The position numbers were made by a program, and so were the translations under genes. This document shows positions 24,501 to 37,694 of a stretch of DNA of 64,000 bases, one piece after another (position 1 is the first letter of the stretch; each line of letters opens with the position of its first letter). A model generated the notes under the pieces. The model was not told where the DNA came from, ran no database searches, and was given only the letters and a program-made list of their open reading frames with translations. Source of the stretch: Macrostomum lignano (Eukaryota); contig NIVC01000793.1 in assembly GCA_002269645.1 (NCBI GenBank), forward strand, positions 186,001-250,000, written 5' to 3'.

Positions 24501-25339
24501 GATGATGCGTTGGCTTCTACTATACTGGCTTGCAGAATGAAAGATGCAAAAAACCGACTCAAGCATCTCCATTCTCAACCTTGAACTGAACTAAGACAGG
24601 CACATGGCAGAGACAATGGAGCATGTCTGGAACAAGAGGTAGCTGAGAGCTACACAGTATAAAAAATAAGTTAGCTAAAGCGAGAGGGAAAGAGCCGGCC
24701 TAGTCGAGAGAAACGGCAGATGCAGTTGGTATATCCCCCACAGTTTCAGGTGAGAGATTGGTGACAAAATATAGACTGTAGGGAAGTGAAGAGCGAGCGT
24801 TGCTTAGGGGAGCGGTGTGCCTGTGCTGCAGCTGCCATTGTTTGGCTGCTTAGTACCCGGCTCAAACGCACAATAGGCCGGTTGTCAAGGCAAACAATAG
24901 CGGCAGCAGAAGCTGTCTGGAGGACTCAACTAACTGCATGCTTTGAGCTTCTACTCAAGTAACTAAAAGCGGGGATGCTTGGCTCATGAGCTGGGGTATT
25001 GCCACTGAAGGCACTGTTTTCCTACCCAACCCTTCATCTCCATGCATTTCCCGCACAATGCATTCATCAGCGATGGCTATAGCTGCAATGCCTGGCTTCA
25101 CTAAAATTCCCTACTCTACTGAGCACTCTCATCATTCTATGCTAGCAAACAAGCAGAGTACTTGACACATCGCATCGGTTCTCATCCATTTAGCTGTATT
25201 CTAGCATAGCGCAAGACAGATAGATGGAAATAATGCAAGAAGATGTTTTAAATGGTAAAAACGAAACTAAAGGGAAGCAAATTTAGCGCAGGGCAAGTGC
25301 AGTAGGACGCCACACTCGGTTTATTTAGAATCGCTACTC

Positions 25340-26215
25340 CAGCCATTAGCAACAGCAGCAGCTGGTGTCTGTGGCCATAACCCCGGGGTTCGGACAATAG
25401 ACTGTAGCTTATGCTGCTCTCAAGCATTAGCAACAGCAGCAGCTGGTGTCTGTGGCCATAACCCCGGGGTTCGGACAATAGACTGTAGCTTATGCTGCTC
25501 TCAAGCATTAGCAACAGCAGCAGCTGGTGTCTGTGGCCCTAATCCCGGAGTTCGGACAATAGACTGTAGCTTTTGCTGCTCTCAAGCATTAGCAACAGCA
25601 GCAGCTGGTGTCTGTGGCCCTAATCCCGGAGTTCGGACCATAGACAGTAGCTTCTGCTGCTCTCAAGCATTAGCAACAGCAGCAGCTGGTGTCTGTGGCC
25701 CTAATCCCGGAGTTCGGACAATAGACTGTAGCTTATGCTGCTCTCAAGCATTAGCAACAGCAGCAGCTGGTGTCTGTGGCCCTAATCCCGGAGTTCGGAC
25801 CATAGACAGTAGCTTCTGCTGCTCTCAAGCATTAGCAACAGCAGCAGCTGGTGTCTGTGGCCATAACCCCGGGGTTCAGACCATAGACTGTAGCTTCTGC
25901 TGCTCTCAAGCATTAGCAACAGCAGCAGCAGCTGGTGTCTGTGGCCCTAATCCCGGAGTTCGGACCATAGACAGTAGCTTCTGCTGCTCTCAAGCATTAG
26001 CAACAGCAGCAGCTGGTGTCTGTGGCCCTAATCCCCAAGTTCGGACCATAGACAGTAGCTTCTGCTGCTCTCAAGCATTAGCAACAGCAGCAGCTGGTGT
26101 CTGTGGCCCTAACCCTGGAGTTCGGACCATAGACTGTATAGCTTCTGCTGCTCTCAAGCATTAGCAGCAGCAGCAGCTTGGTGTCTGTGGCCCAAACCCC
26201 GGGGTTTTCGGGGCC
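25340..26215. repeat. 81-bp tandem repeat, about 10-11 copies
   Basis: cattagcaacagcagcagctggtgtctgtgg recurs every 81 nt (25344, 25425 and onward). Confidence 0.96.
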
Positions 26216-27254
26216 TCGGAGACGGCAGCTAAATACATTAGCGAATTGCTGGAGTGAAACTTCTGGGTAATACATGTATTAGCATCGGTGCTCAAGAGCC
26301 TATTACAGTAAATTCTAGTTAGCTCATTTCTAAGAAAATAAGAGTCGACCGGTACATGCAGCGTCCTTCTAGGCTTCTATCTGCAGTCATCCCTGATTTA
26401 GTATTTGAGAATTGTGAGGGTGGAAAAGCTTTTTTTATAAAGATATGGGTGTACACTGCGTTCCTAAAAACCTTTGACAACTCATTATTTTACCTGAGCA
26501 CAAATTAATTTGTCTCCGGCAGATTGTCCCACCTGACTACATTCTAGCCTAGTCGTGAAGCCAACGTAAAATCGATGTCGCAAACCAACACAATTATTTT
26601 GGTATGTTTTCGACTTTGTATTCGAATCGACATAAACATTCGAATTCAGACATATAACAGGGCATAAGAATAATACTGATCTGGTTCGCTGAGCTGGTCA
26701 TAAGCATGAAAGCTCTGGCTAAATCATGGAGAACATATACTAAGACCCTGAGTTCGCCTGGTCAGAATAATTTATAACTTTTGTTTTAACATCTGAGGAT
26801 GCATAACACAGATTTTATCACTGCCACAGCAACGACATTAGCGCTACAGCAGTCAATAATTGATTACTCAACGCGTCGAGCAAAATGCATTGCACAAAAC
26901 TTCGCTGCAGGGTTATATTAACCTACATGGTCACTTTTACATACAAGGTTTGACATTTTAGCAATAAACAACACAGCCTTTAGAAAATTCGCCAGCTTTT
27001 CATGTGTTCGATCATCAATCAGTTAAAAATTCACGCCGATATGTTTTTGTTTAAATTTGATGCAATTTTACGAAACAGTTCCGTCTGTTCCGAGCATGGA
27101 AGACAAAATAAAACAAAAAGGGATAAAAATATCAAAGCCTAAAATAAAAATGCACGATTAAGGATACTATAAAGAATATTCGGATTAGCCTACTCTAAGT
27201 AGCACGAAGCACTTTTTTGCTTTTCAATTATATTAGAGAACTGGAAATTCAGAT

Positions 27255-27611
27255 TCAGTTGGAAGGCGAACTGTACAACAGACAGGCGGCCACTGAAATG
27301 TGCAAGCAGGCCAGGTACACAGCAATGGCAAGGCTGGGCCAGGCTGACCAGAACCGGCAGGGCAGGACTCGGCGGCGTCTGAACTGCGGCCGCGGCAGCT
27401 GCCGCACTCGTGAGGCCTGCGCTGGGGCTGGTGGCGGCTCTGCAACAAATAAATCTGCTTCATCTGCGTCGCTGGCGTCAGAGACGCCTTCAGCTGCAGC
27501 AGCGTGTCGCAGCTTCACCAGCTGGTCGGTGGCAAGTCTCAGACGGAAACGGAGCCCCGCCAGCTCCAGTGGCTGGTTGTCTACACGCAAAGTCTGCGTG
27601 GCAACTGAGGT
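27255..27611 (-). CDS. Possible terminal exon of an unidentified protein with a C-terminal hydrophobic anchor
   Basis: GC-rich island. Acceptor actccag| in phase 0, acidic stretch, RRRR, then FWSAWPSLAIAVYLACLHISVAACLLY. No upstream exons were found. Confidence 0.35.
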   Translation of the reverse strand, partial: TSVATQTLRVDNQPLELAGLRFRLRLATDQLVKLRHAAAAEGVSDASDADEADLFVAEPPPAPAQASRVRQLPRPQFRRRRVLPCRFWSAWPSLAIAVYLACLHISVAACLLYSSPSN

Positions 27612-28067
27612 CTGGAGTGTTACACAATGGTACAATAACAGATTTCAACATGCAATTGTTGAGTATTTGCAGACATTCCAACTTTATTTCTTTCATTTTT
27701 CAAATTAGCAATTATCATTGAAAAGAATGCTTAGAACTATCTTATATCTAAAGCTGAGTGGATCGATTGATCGACCAGTAGACTGGGTTTAATGTATATT
27801 AATACTATAATCACAAAAAATTTTAACATTAAGTTTTAAGGAGGCTTAATAATTATATGTTAAACACTAGCTCTATCATTTAGTTTAAAAAATCTACAAA
27901 AAGTATATCCTTTGTATAAAAATTTCCAAGCAGTTTTCTAACTAAATGTATATATTTATTAGCATATAGGACAGGCTAAGTACTTTAACTGTTTATATTA
28001 TTCTTTTCAAATAAAATAGTTACTTTACTGTAGTTTATACATTTACAGTATTAATAATATTAATATT

Positions 28068-28916
28068 TGTGCAGGGCGATCTATATTTCTACGATTCAAT
28101 ACTCTTAAATTCGTGCCAAAAAACTAAGCAAACGATTTGTTATAATATACATATTTTCCAAAATATTTTCGCGAATTAATTTTTGTTTAAAACTACTGAA
28201 AATTTTAGTATAAATAGATGCGATCTGAGCCAAGAGGAGAGCAACTTGCCTTCATGCAGTTCCTACAAAAGAAGTGAGTGTATTAAGAAAGGAGTGTTCT
28301 AAATAAATATAAGAGAAGCCATTTTCCGAGTTATTCATTTGTAGAAATAAGAGTGAAGTAGACCAAAGCATATACAGTATACATTACTAAGAAGTGGAAG
28401 TAGTAAGAAGATACAAAGTAGATCCGAAATCGATACATAACTGGAAGCTGTGACCCTCTGATCTCGGTAACGCCCAAGGACTTGCAAAGTACATGAAATA
28501 CATATACCAGTAAGCCAAAATACCACTCAGGCCAAATTATTAGGTAGAACACTACCAGAATAACAGAATGCTACCAGAATAACAGAGGAGTAAAATCTTT
28601 CAGGGCTAACAGTTTTCTAAGAATAATACTCAGACTAAATACTCAGACTAATATGCAGACTAAATACTCAGACCTATTCTAAGAAACATTTCTCAGATTG
28701 TTCTAAGATTGATAAACTCATAATTTATTAATAGAATAATCTTGGTGGCAGCTACCAAAAATTAGGACATTTACAAAGATAGAAGTTTAGCCCTGTAACA
28801 ACTTTGGTACCAACTGATGGGATCTCATATTGTATAGGAAGCAAACCACTGTTACAACTTTGGTGGCATTTAGTGGGATTAAAATTGATAAAGTGGGAGA
28901 TAAAAGCCCTGTAACA
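28068..28916 (+). mobile_element. Solo LTR containing an internal array of PBS + LTR-end units
   Basis: TGTGCAGGG start approximately inverts the CCCTGTAACA end. 4-bp TATT flanks both sides (28064-28067, 28917-28920). Internal CTGTWACA-ACTT-TGGT junctions at 28800 and 28856. Confidence 0.6.
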
Positions 28917-31014
28917 TATTTATTATAAAGCAATATTATGCTATGAAAAAAACATTTTTTTATATTTAATAAAGCATTAATGTTAAATAAAATTATGTAA
29001 ATTTGAAGTAATTTAAAGTACTAAGATACTGCCATAAAATTCTTGTTGCCAGGTAAAAATTATAAGTATAAATGCATTGATTAAATTCTCAGTAAATTTT
29101 GAAACTAAAAGTATCTCATGTCAAAGTTTACATTGTATATTGCTAGTTTATTAAATTTGGCATAGACAATTTAGTTCAATGCAATGTGTATAATTTTCTA
29201 TTAAGGCAACTAAATTTATAATATATTAGCAAATATAATCAAAATTTAAATTGATTTGGCTCTTAGTTTTAGTTAATATTGATTTATCATTTAGTATGAG
29301 CTAAATTTATAATAATTTTAAATATGATAAAAATCATGCCATCAGTGATAAAACCACATATATCCATTTTTAATCTAATTGAGCACATAGTTAGGCTATA
29401 ATAAATATTAACTGTTATTTAGACTGGAAACATAAATATAACTTAAATGAAGAGGGAGAGGAATAAACTTTCCAAGAAATTAATCGAACGTGCCTGTGTG
29501 AAAGTAAAAGTTCGCCGAACAAACTTATAAGAGCGTAGTGAATATTTCTAATCTAATCTAGGCTTCTGACCTAAGATTCCTAAGAAGTGTCCTTAGTTAG
29601 TTGATCAGGCTACATAGCCTAGCTGGAGCATATAAAAGTAAAAAAAATTCAATGTTTTTCAGTTGTATTAGTGGCTGGTTGTATACGCTACTTGAAGTGT
29701 ACACGCTACTTGAGTCTTGAAACAATTAGACTAATAAACTACTATATCACTTATTAAAATCGCGGAAAATCTGCAAGTTAAAAATTCGCTGATGCAATCA
29801 ATATAACTAAAATTCGATGCTTACCATGATCGGCGGACACTGGAAGTGGAAACACATTATTAGACTTGATAAATGGCTAATATATATAAACTGGTACTGT
29901 AAATCACCAAGATTCATTAAAGATTGAAAATGGAAGTAGACCTTTGAATATAGTTACCGTGTCGGATCCAGCGGCCGTCCGGAGAGGGGATCAGGGACAA
30001 GGACCACTATATAATACAGTGGTGCTTGATCACGGACCCACCACTTTACCATCTGAAGCGCTGTGTTACGCACTCTTGCAATGCAAGTCATGAAGGACCA
30101 CCAATAGTATGACAATATACTGTGTGCTCTGTGTGTGGCCCTTGGTGCCAAGTGCACCGTCCTCCAGGCTTTTCTGAGTCACCCGTTCTGCGTCTTAAGA
30201 TTGTACCCCGTTTACGTGTACAATTGTTTACATGTACATGTGAATAACCTAATTAAGGATCACTGTACATGTATAACTGTTATATTACAATGGTCCTTGG
30301 AATCACCCCCTGCATGCATGTATGCGTATTTTGAGTACTGTATCCTTTAAAACATTACACAATGTCTAGTCCACAGAATTATACTTTAATTTGTGTATGG
30401 TCTAGGCTGGGACTTCGGGGATACAATCAGAATCGATCAGTAGTACAGCAGGTATTTAAAGATCTTTCTTTAATTATCAAATGCTCAATAAAATTGTGCA
30501 GCATTTTACCTGCATACTATACAATGCCCGTTTGCATAATAAACAACTTAGAAATACGTCAGTATATGTAGCTGCGCGGCGCATCTGAAGGCTGCGTACG
30601 GCTGTGATTAAATAATTATCTTGTTTTTTTAAAACAGGTAAAAATGAAAAAGACAGAAGGCATCGCAGAGCATATCTGCGAAACAGTTGCATAACATGTT
30701 AAAGAGGAAAGGTGTCTGTGTAAAAGCTGGCACTAAGACAACACTTAGAGAGATAAATATAGTCAAACATAAAGCTTTATATTTGACAGGTTATCTATTA
30801 TATCTACAAAAGAAAGGGGAGCCGGATTTAAAATTTGTGCTAGGAATGATGCAACAGAAGCGCAAAGAAAAATATTTATAATTAGAACGACTCAATTTTT
30901 TCAAACATTGATAGCTCGACCCACGAGTCCACGACAGCAAGGCTAGACTACAGAAATCGTACTAGAATATACTAGATAGGCCACTCAGGCATATATACTT
31001 AGTAAATCAGCCTT

Positions 31015-31343
31015 CTACTTTCAGTTCAGTAGCAAAGAAGAATACATAAGCTATTTTATAAAAATAAAGGCAGCTGAAATGACTTTGATAAGTTCACAAG
31101 CCCAAGCTTGCAGGCGTAAACAACTTGCTAATTGGTTCAGCAGTAATGTACATTGGCCAGTCCACTGAAATGTACAAGGCAGCTTTAGGCTGGAACAACC
31201 GAGGAAGGCAATAAAATTTGGGTGGCAGGGCAGGGATTGAAGTTCTGTGTGGAGTTTGAGGGGGGTAAGAGCCAATAAATGAGCCTTGGCTTTAAAAATA
31301 CATCAAAATGCTTCTGTTCAACTTACTACTGAACTGAAAGTAG
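31015..31343. mobile_element. Small MITE, 18-bp TIR, 3-bp TSD (CTT)
   Basis: CTACTTTCAGTTCAGTAG at 31015-31032 and its exact reverse complement at 31326-31343. Confidence 0.6.
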
Positions 31344-32619
31344 CTTACACGCAAATGTGCTGAGGGGCCCATCTAGTTATTTCAGTATCTGTGGCCCAGA
31401 CCAAACAGGTAATGGTTGCCGACGCAATGTTAATAACTCAACAGACGATGTGTAAGTAAATTTAACTTGAATCGAGGAAAATTTAGAACAAATCGTTTAG
31501 CGTTAACACGTTTTTTAATAAACACGCGAATGGGAAAAATTCAGAGAACAGAAATTTGCAATCGCTGTTGTGCAATAGAATAGGCCAAAAGCATGGCCAA
31601 TAATAATAATAGTAGATCATCTTGGGCTTAATAGATCTTCATAGAAGCATTGGGGTGCGGCAGCGATAGGAAAGGGCATTGATAAATAAATAAACAAATA
31701 GTAAACATGGATATTATGCATCAGTTAGAAGCGCATGCGATTGTGCTCAGTCTAAATGGTAGTCATTCATCTTTGCAACACAAAATCCAGGGGCTTAGAG
31801 AAATTTAATAAGCTTAGATCAGTTTATTGAACAGATAATATTGCAGCTTTCCATATTTAGATCTGATTGATGACAAGACCGAATGTTGCTGAATCGAACA
31901 GTGCAAGTCTCATGAAAATCGGTCCAGCCATTTTTTCTCTAATCGATTGCGTACAAACAAACAAGCAACTCATTTTTAGTATATAGGATTGATGACAAGA
32001 CCGAATGTTGCTGAATAGCCTACTAATAATAAGTAGTAATAAAGAATATAAAATGTAAAATGTTGGATTTTTATTGCACATTCAAAATTACTGCTGACTG
32101 GTAGTTCGATGCAAGGTGCGAACGCAAGAGTGAAAACTGAACTTTGCTTCGATTATAAAAAGCAACATTTGTATACGACTAGTATGCTCAAGTAGCAGCC
32201 CAATAAAACTAAGCATATTATCGATTACCTAGCTATGAAAATAAACTATAATTGATAAAACAGATTGTGAGAGAAATAAAAAAAGGTTAACACTGAGAGA
32301 CAGACGTTTAGATAAGCATTGCGACAATAATGCAAACAACAGCTAATTAATAATATCTACGAATAATAATATGATATAAAGAGGAACTTTAATTATCCCA
32401 ACTAGCGCACTATCACAGTCACGACAACTTCTATTTTCAATGATTGCTAATCCGAAGCTAACAAACACAACTAGCTGGCCACAAAATTAAACTCAAACAA
32501 AAAATTAACTCTTGCGAGCAAAAATTCGGCTAATTAGCAGTACTAACCAAAGCCAACTCTGCTTAACTTGAGACCCGTACCTAGCCCAGTAGGGGCAACG
32601 AGGAAGCCAGCAGGGCGTA

Positions 32620-33315
32620 CAGCGGCCCAGACTTTCTCAGCCTCAGCCACTGCCTTGGGGGGAGTAGCCGCGCACGGAATCGAACCCAGGACACTTCATC
32701 ACCAGACTCAAAACACCCGACTTTCTCAGCCTCAGCCACTGCCTTGGGGGGAGTAGCCGCACACGGAATCGAACCCAGGACACTTCATCACCAGACTCAA
32801 AACACCCGACTTTCTCAGCCTCAGCCACTGCCTTGGGGGGAGTTACCCCGGGAGTAGCCGCGCACGGAATCGAACCCAGGACACTACATCACCAGACTCA
32901 AAACACCCGACTTTCTCAGCCTCAGCCACTGCCTTGGGGGGAGTAGCCGCGCACGGAATCGAACCCAGGACACTTCATCACCAGACTCAAAACACCCGAC
33001 TCAGCCACTGCCTTGGGGGGAGTAGCCGCGCACGGAATCGAACCCAGGACACTTCATCACCAGACTCAAAACACCCGACTCAGCCACTGCCTTGGGGGGA
33101 GTAGCCGCGCACGGAATCGAACCCAGGACACTTCATCACCAGACTCAAAACACCCGACTCAGCCACTGCCTTGGGGGGAGTAGCCGCGCACGGAATCGAA
33201 CCCAGGACACTTCATCACCAGACTCAAAACACCCGACTCAGCCACTGCCTTGGGGGGAGTAGCCGCGCACGGAATCTAACCCAGGACACTTCATCACCAG
33301 ACTCAAAGCACCTAG
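32620..33315 (-). repeat. Tandem array of tRNA/SINE-head-like units (79-89 bp, about 8 copies)
   Basis: Minus unit GGCAGTGGCTGAGTCGG...GTCCTGGGTTCGATTCCG carries A-box-like and B-box motifs. Confidence 0.8.
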
Positions 33316-33448
33316 CCTCAGTAGAATAGAATTTAAAAGCATACTTGGCGCCAATTTGAATTCTCCTGTCAAACAGCGCACAAAGCAAGACCAATCAGTA
33401 GTACATAGCAGGTTCGCGCGGACAACCTTCCCCCAGAGCCCGACAATA

Positions 33449-33919
33449 TTAGGCGGCAGAGCTCGGACCGCCAGCAGCGGCGCCGCCAGACGCCTGTTCA
33501 AGAGCGCCCTCCTGGCAGCAGCGCTTCAGATCGGCCAGGAAGCCCTCGGGAGTGAGGATGTGCGTCCCGCCGACAATCACCTCCCAGTTGCGCTGCCTAG
33601 CGGCCTGGCTAACCTCGTAGGCGCAGCGCATCTCGCTGTAGGTGAAGCCGCCGGCGAAGAATACAATTAGGCGAGGCCCGGCCGCCTTCTGCTGCGGCCC
33701 CTTCTGCTGCTGGTGCCACTGGCCATAGCGGGAGGGCACCGCGCCGCCCGGGCGGGGCCGCTGAGGCACGCTGCCCAGGAATGGGAACATCTTCTGGTCC
33801 AGGCGGTCCTCGATGGCGTCCTCCATCACGTCCTTGATGAATGGAGTCCAGCGGCTAAGTTGGTATTGGGTGGCGTTCTCGCGCTCACGGCGGTGGCTCG
33901 GCAGGTAGGGCTGCGCAGC
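33449..33919 (-). CDS. unc-18: Unc-18/Munc18 (Sec1 family) terminal exon
   Basis: YQLSRWTPFIKDVMED, RLIVFFAGGFTYSEMRCAYEV, WEVIVGGTHILTP. Acceptor ccgcag| in phase 0; 471 nt. Confidence 0.95.
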   Translation of the reverse strand, partial: AAQPYLPSHRRERENATQYQLSRWTPFIKDVMEDAIEDRLDQKMFPFLGSVPQRPRPGGAVPSRYGQWHQQQKGPQQKAAGPRLIVFFAGGFTYSEMRCAYEVSQAARQRNWEVIVGGTHILTPEGFLADLKRCCQEGALEQASGGAAAGGPSSAA

Positions 33920-33989
33920 CTGCGGGGGGCGAGTGGGAGTTCTTTTACAGACTTGAGTCGTGTGCATGCATAAGGCAGGGGATGAGGGT

Positions 33990-34535
33990 CAGGTGTGTGT
34001 ACAAAGGATGGGATGGGTCACGGCAGGTGTGTACATAGGATGGGATGGGGTCATGGCAGGTGTGTACATAGGATGGGATGGGGTCATGGCAGGTGTGTAC
34101 ATAGGATGGGATGGGTCATGACAGGTTTGTACATAGGATAGGATGGGTCACGGCAGGTGTGTACATAGGATGGGATGGGGTCATGGCAGGTGTGTACATA
34201 GGATGGGATGGGGTCATGGCAGGTGTGTACATAGGATGGGATGGGGTCATGGCAGGTGTGTACATAGGATGGGATGGGTCATGACAGGTTTGTACATAGG
34301 ATAGGATGGGTCACGGCAGGTGTGTACATAGGATGGGATGGGGTCATGGCAGGTGTGTACTTAGGATGGGATGGGTCATGGCAGGTTTGTACATAGGATG
34401 GGATGGGGTCATGGCAGGTGTGTACATAGGATGGGATGGGTCATGACAGGTTTGTACATAGGATAGGATGGGTCACGGCAGGTGTGTACATAGGATGGGA
34501 TGGGGTCATGGCAGTTGTGTACATAGGATAAGGGA
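33990..34535. repeat. 32-33 bp intronic minisatellite
   Basis: GGCAGGTGTGTACATAGGATGGGATGGG(G)TCAT. Confidence 0.95.
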
Positions 34536-34629
34536 TCATGGAAGGTCAAATACCTTACACCACCCTGAAAAAGCACACAAAGGTTTCAGTCACCCAGCTA
34601 GTTAAAGAAAAAATGATTCAGTCGTTCAC

Positions 34630-34932
34630 CTTGCGTCGCCCGCCGTCCATCAGTCCGCCGACGCCGCCTTTGCCGTCCTGAATAACCGGCACGCCGAGAT
34701 TGGCGGCATTCAGCAGTATGGGCTTCTCCTGCTCGGGAATCTGGCCGTGCTGCAGCAGCTTGGCCAGGTTCTCCTCGGACACGCCGGTTTTGTGAATCAC
34801 GTACAGCAGAATGATGCGCAGCTTGTCGTAGGCGGTCACTGAGGCGTCCAGCAGGATGGGCACGATGGCGCGCATGTGGTCGCGAACTTTCTCGCCGTCG
34901 GCGTCGCAGCCCATGGCGAGGTCCTGCTCCAC
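34630..34932 (-). CDS. unc-18: Unc-18/Munc18 internal exon
   Basis: VEQDLAMGCDADGEKVRDHMRAIVPILLD...YDKLRIILLY. cgccag|303 nt|gtgaac. Confidence 0.93.
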
Positions 34933-35084
34933 CTGGCGGAGGCGGGCAACAGTTGCGTTTAACGAGGGTTCAGAGATGCACAAGGACCATTGGAATTTTC
35001 TAGTAGTCCTTGAGAGTGCGTCAGGCGATCAGGTCGTGAATAAGGGAGGATTAGGGTGTGAATAAGGGCGGATTGGAGACAGCA

Positions 35085-35535
35085 GGGGTGGATTTGGATC
35101 AGTAGGAGCGGATTTGGATCAGTAGAGGAGGATTTGGATCAGTAGAGGAGGATTTGGATCAGTAGGAGCGGATTTGGATCAGTAGGGGCGGATTTGGATC
35201 AGTAGGGGCGGATTTGGATCAGTAGGAGCGGATTTGGATCAGTAGGAGCGGATTTGGATCAGTAGAGGAGGATTTGGATCAGTAGAGGAGGATTTGGATC
35301 AGTAGGGGCGGATTTGCATCAGTAGAGGAGGATTTGGATCAGTAGGGGCGGATTTGCATCAGTAGGGGCGGATTTGGATCAATAGGGGCGGATTTGGATC
35401 AATAGGGGCGGATTAGGGCTAGCAGGGGCGGATTGGGGCTAGCAGGGGCGGATTGGGACTAGCAGGGGCGGATTAGGGCTATCAGGGGCGGATTAGGGCT
35501 AGCAGGGGCACATTGGGGACAGCAGGGGCGGATGG
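35085..35535. repeat. 20-bp intronic minisatellite
   Basis: GGATTTGGATCAGTAGGGGC, grading into GGATTAGGGCTAGCAGGGGC. Confidence 0.95.
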
Positions 35536-35616
35536 GATGGGAGTCAAAGACAGACTCAGTATTGCAATGATGCAATAATGCAACAAGCGTGTCATGCACA
35601 GCGGGTTTCCCTTCAC

Positions 35617-35964
35617 CTTGCAGAGCTTGTCCACCCGGCCAGTGTAGGCTCGCATGCAGTCCTCAGCCAGATGGAAATGCGTACTGTAAGCGCTGAGCTC
35701 CTTCTGATACTGGGGCATCTTTTTCATCATCTGGGCCAGATCGCGAACCCCCGTGCCGCCGGCGCCCATCCGTTTTGAGTCGGAGAACTGCTTGAGCTTG
35801 GCGGTGACATTCTGGCCAACAACGGCAATGTGCAGGTGGCGCAGCTCCACCCAGAGATCGTCGCGCTCGTCTAGCACAACCTCGCGCTCGCGCTCGTCTC
35901 CGGCTGTGGTGCTCACGTACTTGTAGACGTCGTTCTCGATTGGGATCAGATCGTAGGCCATGGC
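35617..35964 (-). CDS. unc-18: Unc-18/Munc18 internal exon
   Basis: [16 protein letters not shown]...[13 protein letters not shown]...[23 protein letters not shown]. gcgcag|348 nt|gtgaag. Confidence 0.95.
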
Positions 35965-35989
35965 CTGCGCATGTGTTTTCGGGGATGGC

Positions 35990-37185
35990 CACTTTTGGAT
36001 TCGCAATGCAACTTTTGGAATTACGATGCCATTTTTGGAATTACGATGCCATTTTTGGAATTACGATGCCATTTTTGGATTCGCAATGCCATTTTTGGAT
36101 TCGCAATGCCATTTTTGGATTCGCAATGCAACTTTTGGATTCGCAATGCAACTTTTGGAATTACGATGCCATTTTTGGAATTACGATGCCATTTTTGGAA
36201 TTACGATGCCATTTTTGGATTCGCAATGCAACTTTTGGAATTACGATGCCATTTTTGGAATTACGATGCCATTTTTGGAATTACGATGCCATTTTTGGAT
36301 TCGCAATGCAACTTTTGGAATTACGATGCCATTTTTGGAATTACGATGCCATTTTTGGAATTACGATGCCATTTTTGGATTCGCAATGCAACTTTTGGAA
36401 TTACGATGCCATTTTTGGAATTACGATGCCATTTTTGGATTCGCAATGCAACTTTTGGAATTACGATGCCATTTTTGGATTCGCAATGCAACTTTTGGAA
36501 TTACGATGCCATTTTTGGATTCGCAATGCAACTTTTGGAATTACGATGCCATTTTTGGATTCGCAATGCAACTTTTGGAATTACGATGCCATATTTGGAA
36601 TTACGATGCCATTTTTGCAATTACGATGCCATTTTTGGAATTACGATGCCATTTTTGGAATTACGATGCCATTTTTGGAATTACGATGCCATTTTTGGAA
36701 TTACGATGCCATTTTTGGAATTACGATGCCATTTTTGGAATTACGATGCCATTTTTGGAATTACGATGCCATTTTTGGATTCGCAATGCAACTTTTGGAA
36801 TTACGATGCCATTTTTGGAATTACGATGCCATTTTTGGAATTACGATGCCATTTTTGGATTCGCAATGCAAATTTTGGAATTACGATGCCATTTTTGGAA
36901 TTACGATGCCATTTTTGGATTCGCGATGCCACTTTTGGAATTACGATGCCATTTTTGGATTCGCAATGCCATTTTTGGATTCGCAATGCCATTTTTGGAT
37001 TCGCAATGCAACTTTTGGAATTACGATGCCATTTTTGGAATTACGATGCCATTTTTGGATTCGCGATGCCACATTTGGAATTACGATGCCATTTTTGGAT
37101 TCGCAATGCCATTTTTGGATTCGCAATGCCATTTTTGAATTCGCAATGCCACTTTTAGAAATTACGATGCCATTTTTCGATTGCA
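35990..37185. repeat. 20-bp intronic minisatellite, two interspersed variants
   Basis: TTTTTGGAATTACGATGCCA and TTTTGGATTCGCAATGC(A/C)A. Confidence 0.97.
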
Positions 37186-37694
37186 CAATATAACTTGGAA
37201 TTAAAAAATCCTTTTCTAAATTGTAAAACTATGCTTTTAATGTCGAACCATGTTTACAATTGCAGCAAAGCTTCAAAAATGGCGATACGCTCGCAATAAA
37301 GTTATAAAAGCTACAAGTAAATGTTATAAGCTGGAAAGCCGTCACTTCCATATTACTCTCTCGGTGGTAATAATTTCGAAATGGGATATATAGCATGCTG
37401 CTATTAGACAGAAGCATTAATTCCCTATCAGAGAAGGAAACGAGCTAATCGTACTTATAGACTAAACTATACATGCCTATAGTGAGGGAGGGCAGAGAGA
37501 GGTGGGAACCCGGTAGCTAATTAGTGATTAATGCATGCATAAGAGAGAGGAAGAACAGATCTGCACTGGGTCTCTGGCCAGGGACTCTAACTAAGCAACA
37601 CAAAACTTCCAGTGCACAAGCTGCGCGTATGGGGAAATTGTTAAAGAACAATGGAAATGTTTTTAAATTTGTTTTGCATAGCAAAACTCGGGAG

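Noticed and set aside
25340-26215. CRISPR array
   Set aside because: Whole 81-bp units repeat with no unique spacers, there are no cas genes and the context is eukaryotic. The same applies to the other arrays.
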